Both the position numbers and the translations under genes were made by a program. Under the pieces are notes generated by a model. The model did not search any database, was not told the origin of the DNA, and was given only the letters and a program-made list of their open reading frames with translations. From assembly GCA_964057225.1 (NCBI GenBank), contig OZ059898.1:6572001-6636000 (forward strand): a DNA stretch of 64,000 nt, written 5' to 3'. How positions within the stretch are numbered: the stretch's first letter is position 1; each line of letters opens with the position of its first letter. Origin of the DNA: Auanema rhodensis (Eukaryota; Animalia; Nematoda). Below, one piece after another: positions 52,379 through 64,000 of this stretch.

Positions 52379-53210
52379 AGAAAATATGTACCTGTGCTCC
52401 ATTAGTTATCCACATCTTTGATCCATTGATAATGATATCGCTTCCATCCCAACGAGCATTTGTTTTAATTGCTGCAAATAAATATAATTGAGTAGATTAT
52501 GTTTGTTTGTTTGTTGAAAATATATTAAAATTTTTTTTCTTATTAATCTCTCACCAGCTACATCACTGCCAGCTTCTGGTTCACTAACTGCAATACAAGC
52601 AACAACATCGCCAGACAAAGATGGAGTAAGAAATTCTCGTCTTAATGAATCTGATCCATAATCAGCTAATGCTGGTGTTGCCATATCATTCTGAAGATAT
52701 TTCAATGAATTGAGTTTAATTAGGAAATATTTTAATAATAATTATATATATATAATATATAAAATATTTTATAAAAAATATAAAAATAAAATACCTGTAC
52801 ACTAACGGCCATAGGTATTGCTCCACATGACACTTTGCCCATCTCCTCAGCTACAGCTATTGAATAGGAAAAGTCTAAGCCGAGTCCCCCAAATTCTCAA
52901 ATAAGACGATAAATGAAAAGAAAAGAGTTTTTTGCTAACCAATAGGCTTATTCACAGCTAAGGCACCCACTTCACCAAGACGTTTAAAAACTTCATGGGC
53001 AGGAAATCGTCCATCAGATTCCCATGTAGAAACATTAGGATTTATATATTTATCAATTACCTATGCTTAATACATTATTAAGATATAATACATATAAATA
53101 TTTACCTGTTTTACTGTTCTTTTAACTTCAAGATGTTGTTCATTATATAAAATGGAATATTTAGATGGAAGTTGTTGAGCAGCTGCTTTCACGACTTTAG
53201 ATGCCGACAT
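51293..53210 (-). CDS. Acyl-CoA dehydrogenase (acdh-6-like)
   Basis: ACIAVSEPEAGSDVA, INGSKMWITNGAQ, KLGMQSSDTAEIFFDDVRVP, FQDERL, ASMAKLKA, FWGGQGY. Confidence 0.93.
52298..52374. repeat. (GA)n/(GATA)n microsatellite in acyl-CoA dehydrogenase intron
   Basis: Seen directly. Confidence 0.9.
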
Positions 53211-54590
53211 TCTAAGATTTTGTCATATAAAACATTTGATTCTTTTGAACATGATGTTCAAAGATGATCAGATTTGGTTTTCCGAAATTTAATGATCAAA
53301 ACAATAGGTATATGCTGGATTGATCTTTTGATTCTTTGTAGCCTCCTAGAAGTTAGAAAATAACTGTCCTAATAGTGCTTTGCAATGGGAAAAATTCTCT
53401 CCCTAATGGAATTACAATTAGAATTTCTGTATGTTCTACAATAAAGCCTCTCGAATGTTCTCAACTCTTCCTTACAATATGTATTTTCTCTTTTCTCCTT
53501 ATTCGCCTATCTCCTCTACCTATTCATCTCCAGTCTGGATTCTTTGACCCCTGTCAGCGGATTATACAGACGACGTTGCGGAGTCGACGTACGGATCAGC
53601 TGAGACAAACCGGAAAACGAAAATATCTCTTTCATCTACTGGTCCCTTGATGTTGTTCCGAGCATAAGTGAAGAAAATCATGTTTTCTCGCGAAACTGTT
53701 TTATATGTCATAACGTAAAAGAAATGGAAAAGTCCACTTCTTTCCTGTCAAGTCCAAGCATCAGCAACATCTAGCCATTCGTCATTTTTGTGGTGTATGA
53801 CTCAAGCGTAGTCTACGGATATAAAAAAACATGGACGTGCAAGGTCTTCGTGATGTCAAAGTTCTTCCATTTCTTTGAAGAAACATAAGATGAATCAGAA
53901 TTAAACTATATTTACTATAACTATAGTTTCAAGGAAAAAGAAAAGTAGACGTTGAATAAAATAAAACGAATTTCGATACATGTGAAAATCCGTAAATTGT
54001 TTGTTCAAATGTATTGAACCAAAAGTTCATATATCCATCCATATACAGATGTTACTAAGATAAAAACAGACAAAGTATTTAAGAACAATGATACTGAGGA
54101 AAAAATAAATATAAGAAAAAACCAATACAATACAAGAAAGAGCAAAGTGAAGTATGTGAAAGATATGTATTCCTATGTAGGGGGGGGACACATAGGAGAA
54201 CATTTGAGTGTGATGTCGAATGAAGACGAGTTTCTGAACACTAAGTGGCTAATTGCATGGCTATGCGAAGATCCAGTTAGGAAATCGCCAATACAATCCT
54301 TGCCTCTTTGTGATCGTTCCACGTCTTCCAAATTATCACTATCACTAATCCTAGAAACATCACTAAAATACAAACAAAGTTGTAAGTATTACACAAAAAC
54401 AACAACAATATGTGGAAAATAAAGTAAATTTCTCTATTTTAAATGTAATGAATCGAATTTTGCAGATTGTTGGAGTAAATGCGATTAAGAGACATATTAC
54501 AGGTCTCTCTTGAAACCAAATACCAAATATCATTTCTAGTTTATAATTATAACTAAGCAAGTATTGAGTATTTATGGAATTACTTTGTTG

Positions 54591-55167
54591 TTAACACAGA
54601 CTTTTTACCATTTCATGAGCAGAGCTTGGCTCAATTCTAGAGTAATATTCATCTAAAGTTTTTCTAACTGTATATCCTCTTCCTAGATAGAATTTTATCG
54701 CTGTTTCATTGGTTGTCTTGAAGAAATTCAGAGTTTAGCCAGCGAAATATATATGATAAACATACTTGCACATGTAGTAATGCTTCAGTAATCTTAAGTT
54801 CTTTGGCTTGGTTTTCTACATAATCCATCAATTTAGTACCTAATCCTCGCTCACGACTACAAGGGTGAACTGAAAATTAAAGGTATGCTATCAAAAATTT
54901 AAAAAAATTGAAACCGCCTATGGAATAAACATATAACACATTCTTGGAGTCTACTTCTTTTACAGTAGAGCAAACACATCCTACAACGTTGTTATTGACT
55001 ATTAAAACCCGACATAAAGAACTTTTGAATAACTGAAAATCATTTTAAGTCTTTGGAATCAGATATCTATAAACATTTCTGAAGAATTTATCAGAGAATG
55101 GTACAGGAAAAATAGCATGATGAAATAACCGAACTTGTCGAGCATTAGCCGCACTTATTTCCTGCAT
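54591..55167 (-). CDS. GNAT N-acetyltransferase, Naa50-like
   Basis: HAIFPVPFSDKFF, LYVYSIGVHPCSRERGLGTKLM, LLHVQTTNETAIKFY..RGY, YYSRIEP. Confidence 0.85.
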
Positions 55168-55367
55168 ATTAAATCTAAATAACTTCGCAGTATTGCTGAG
55201 AATCAGACAGAGAACAAGTATTGATAAGTATTTAAATTTATCGACTTAGGTGAGATATCAATTATAACAGATTATAAATATAAATATATATTCATTTTCA
55301 GACAATGGAATATGTACTTGAGATAAAAAAAACAATTTTTAATAATACAAAGTATTAAGTTTAGAAA

Positions 55368-57360
55368 TTATCGTTTGATTTGGTCATCAACAAAATTAAC
55401 ATCTGTCCAGACTAGAACTTTACAAGGTAAAGATGCTTGTGGGCTTAAAATAGTCATAGTTTTCTCGTCTTGATTGATCTGCAAAAAATATGATAATAAA
55501 AATAATATTTTTGGAGCGAACTTCGGTAATTACAACAAAGCCTTGAACACTAGCTTTAACAATCGCTTGAGATACGGTGGGGCAAGGGGATACAGCAAAC
55601 ATTCGATGAATATGATCAGTAGACGGCACTAACGTAACAACCTATACATTTGTAATTGAAAAGAAATTCCATTATTAGTATCATTCAAACCTTGGTCTGA
55701 TGGTCATCCTGTTTGACTCCAAAGGGTAAACATGAGTCAGGTAATTTGTCAGTACCTATTTTGCACAGGATGACTTCAGAAAAACGAACTTCAAATGTGT
55801 GAGGATAAAACTTGTTGGATCGAGTTCCATAAAAGTACTGAAAATTTCATGAAATTGATAAAGGCTAAACAAAAAAAACTGATCTACCCTATGTATTGAA
55901 CTATTTCTTTGAGATTTACGAACATGGCTTGTCCGAGTTTCCACTCCACCAGATTTTGGTTGATGAATTATCTGTATATTGGTTATAGGCCAATTGACAT
56001 AAATCTATTATACCTTTACAAATTGAGGGAGATCTTTTTGTAGTTCATTATAAAGACGTTCATGATCGATAACGACAACTACATCAACTTCGAAAGCTCC
56101 AGCAGCATTGGTTATACATTGATATCTCAAATAATATCAAAAATAAAAAGAAATCTATTTATCTATAGTATACCCTTCGCCGTTTACCCAACCACATGTG
56201 TTGATAACTAAACCTCCGATACTTGCTTCCATACTTTGTTTACATCTTTCTGTTATATCCTAAAAATAATTTTTTGTTATTATAAATCCAAGACAACAAG
56301 CAAGACCTCGGCCAATTCCCTGACCAAAATATCATACAATTGAAGATTTCCAGATGGTGAAGTATATCCATACTGTAAATTAATGATGTATATAAGAATA
56401 GCATACAGCTAAACGATGCTATATTTCAAGCATCGGTGGTTCAGTGGTAGAATGCTCGCCTGCCACGCGGGCGACCCGGGTTCGATTCCCGGCCGATGCA
56501 ACTTTCTTTTGCCTTTTTTTAAATTGATTATAAAAATAGAAAAAATACCTACATTATACACTAATGGCTTAGATTGATCAAATCCTTCTACCACATCTGC
56601 AGTTTGTTGCAAAAAAAGTGCACCTATCGTACCTGGTACAGAAATGGACCCCTATAAGATAAAAATATAATCAGTAAATAATAAAAAATTACCTGTCCAA
56701 CATCTAGATCTACTAAAATTGGAGATCTCCCTTGACGTACAGCATAATTACATAAAAGTCTACACACCGTTGTTTTTCCAACATCCGTAGGTCCAACTGT
56801 AGGCAAAATCATATTAATAACAAAAAAAAAGATGTTTTCATTAGTATTACCTATCATTATTCGAGGTCCCTTGGGGAATTCTGACTTATCGCTTTTAGAC
56901 TTGAATTGCTCTTCATTATGCTGCCTAATCTGTTCTAATGCAGCATGTGTGTTCAAATAAATAACCTATAATTTTTCTTTGTAAATTCGTAAAGGGGATC
57001 TTTGACAAACCATAGGAGTTCGTTCAGCAACATAGGCACTGACTGTTTGCCCAGTAAGTTCTAATTGAGATCCTTTCCAGGAAAATACCGCCACTCGTGA
57101 ACCTTAATACAATTTTATCTAAAAAAAAGAAAACGCTTAACGTACAAGGGGGAAATATGTATTTCTTTAACGGTTCAAGTTCAGTACCAAAAATTTCGGC
57201 TCTGCCTTCTAATAATTCCAAAATAACATCATTAGTAGAGCTAACCTGAAAACATTATTATTGCTTTCTAAATATCAGAAAAAGGAAAACTGACTTCAAA
57301 GCGGAGTTCGTTATCATCGTTTAAAGTAAATTCTTGTAACTGTGTTTCTTCGCTTGCCAT
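55368..57360 (-). CDS. clpf-1: CLP1 RNA 5'-kinase / cleavage factor
   Basis: [15 protein letters not shown], Walker [32 protein letters not shown]. Confidence 0.95.
56430..56500 (+). tRNA. tRNA-Gly(GCC), antisense within a clpf-1 intron
   Basis: GCATCGG acceptor stem, A box TGGTTCAGTGG, anticodon GCC, B box GGTTCGATTCC, downstream oligo-T. Confidence 0.97.
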
Positions 57361-57750
57361 GCCTGAAATATTCATTCGTTATAAATATATTAGCACTATG
57401 TCCCATATAAATTATATACTAACAAAAAAAATAACTAAAACTTTAGGAAAGCAACATAACTACAATAAACCAAATTATGCATAATTTAATTCAAAATTCG
57501 TTTGAAACGACGCAATTTTGCGTACAAAAAACCCTTCCAAATGTGTTGATTTTAGAGTTGGTTAACTGACTTTTTAAAAATTATTTCCCAGGAATGCACA
57601 GTCTTTCTAAAATTAATTCGTATATATTTTTGGATGAAAAAATCTTTAATAATGCTATTAAGTATCATGAACATTATAGTAAAAAAGTCATTGGGCTATA
57701 GAAGTAATATACACAAGCAATTACAAATTCAAACTAAATCGGTTCATTTC

Positions 57751-62622
<4,872 letters not shown>

Positions 62623-64000
62623 TTTTGAAAAGAAAAAAGGCTCAGTCGATATTTAGAAGGAAAGCGAAGAAACAACAAAGTGCTTCTGACCGGACGGAAA
62701 GAACGTCGAAACCAATTTGGGTTGGAATTTGAGCAGAAAATGGATGAGCAACCTACGGTCTCACCCTGTCTTTCTAGGGTAATAGGAGAGCTAGTTTATA
62801 TATTAGCTTGGCTCTAAGCTAACCAAGATGGCTTATGTTAGAGTATTGAAGTTAGAAAGATGCTATTTACTAGAAGGGATAGAAGGATATATGAAGATGA
62901 ACATACAATGAAATTTAACATTCTATAATTTATTTCATATATACTTATCCTAAATATATTTGTTAATTATATGAGTTAATTATATATTATAAGAAATATT
63001 TAATTATTTGTAAATAAATGAATATAGTATATATAGAATAAATTAATTTTAATAGTATACATTAAGGAAATAAACTAAATTCATAAAACTTTCTGATAAT
63101 ATTAGGATTATGCATTCAAAACAACCCTAATTTTGAAAAAAGTTTTAAGAAAATAGATGAAGCAATTGATATTTTCTTAGAGCCAAATCAGGAAAATAAG
63201 CTGCTTGATCAAGAAGATCTCAACCTAACTCTTCCAATTTCTCTTTTGTCCTCTTGCTCACATGAGGTTTTGCATTATCCTGTGTTACTCTTCTTCTTTT
63301 CAGTCTTTTTTCTATAAATTGTAATTTCACTTTCTGTAACTGTCTTACCATATTTCAAAAATAAAAATATAATTAGAATATATTATTTTAAAACTTTTAA
63401 TTAATCTTATTGTTAAAATTTCTTTCTTTTTACATTCCAATTAATAAATTTACTTAATAATTCTTCAATTTCATATATCTTTATATTATTTTCTATAAAC
63501 TATATAGATAATTAATAAAAAAATATTTTTTATTTGAATAATATAATTAAATTTTAAAATATTTTATATACATTTACATGTATATACATAAGTATGTATA
63601 AACTGGATATCTTAGTATCAACAAATGAATGTTGATAAGATGCCATTCAATACAATCATTTGATCATTAAAGATAATGACTACCATGACTATCTTCTATC
63701 CGGTAATGCTGCTTAGCTGATCACAAAAAAAGTTGGTTATATGACTGGAACATTGAATAAGTTCTGAAATGTGGAATGTAAAGAACATTGTTTTTAGTTG
63801 TTGATCTCAAATAAAAGTTAAAAATAAAATAATCTATAATTTAATTATTATTATATATTATATATATATATATATATATATTAATAGTTATTAGATATTA
63901 TATTTTATTTTTCTAAATAAAATCCCATAATTAGTTGAAGTTTGACTCTATTTTTCTTGATTTGACTTAAGGCAGAAAATAGATGAGATAGAACCGGTTA

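Noticed and set aside
53530-53740. RNase P/MRP-like AATCCAGACT and GGAAAAGTCC motifs
   Set aside because: The motifs are on opposite strands and cannot form P4
54206-54242. Possible C/D-box snoRNA (AGTGT-TGATGT...CTGA-ACACT)
   Set aside because: Only ~36 nt, imperfect C box, no identifiable guide
56409-56612. 67-aa ORF containing [13 protein letters not shown]
   Set aside because: clpf-1 exon running into the antisense of tRNA-Gly

Overview
AT-rich eukaryotic DNA with dense 40-60 nt GT..TTTCAG/TTTTAG introns and operon-like gene spacing, consistent with a rhabditid nematode. The ORF track therefore shows only exon fragments; gene models below were spliced by eye and their coordinates are approximate. 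Host genes in order: vWA/C-type lectin (partial), acr-26-like nAChR alpha subunit, MsrB, smu-2/RED, a small RNase H1-fold gene lacking all four catalytic carboxylates, sbp-1/SREBP, Rpp25-like Alba, dss-1, mrpl-45, divergent SLC6, pre-SET/SET methyltransferase, BPI/LBP, a large orphan gene with long exons, acyl-CoA dehydrogenase, Naa50-like GNAT, clpf-1/CLP1 with an antisense intronic tRNA-Gly, and an ionotropic glutamate receptor. The standout region is 41.3-51.9 kb, a decayed Maverick/Polinton. It has AGTAGT-type termini, an adenain-type protease and a Zn-ribbon/integrase/chromodomain gene. It carries a five-exon retropepsin-like cargo gene, absent from the ORF track, whose reading frame is restored by removing a mariner insertion. 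The relic also hosts a second mariner and a Merlin-type element. It is bracketed by a 1,668-bp inverted duplication of the acyl-CoA dehydrogenase 3' end, whose left junction is a 10-nt microhomology.
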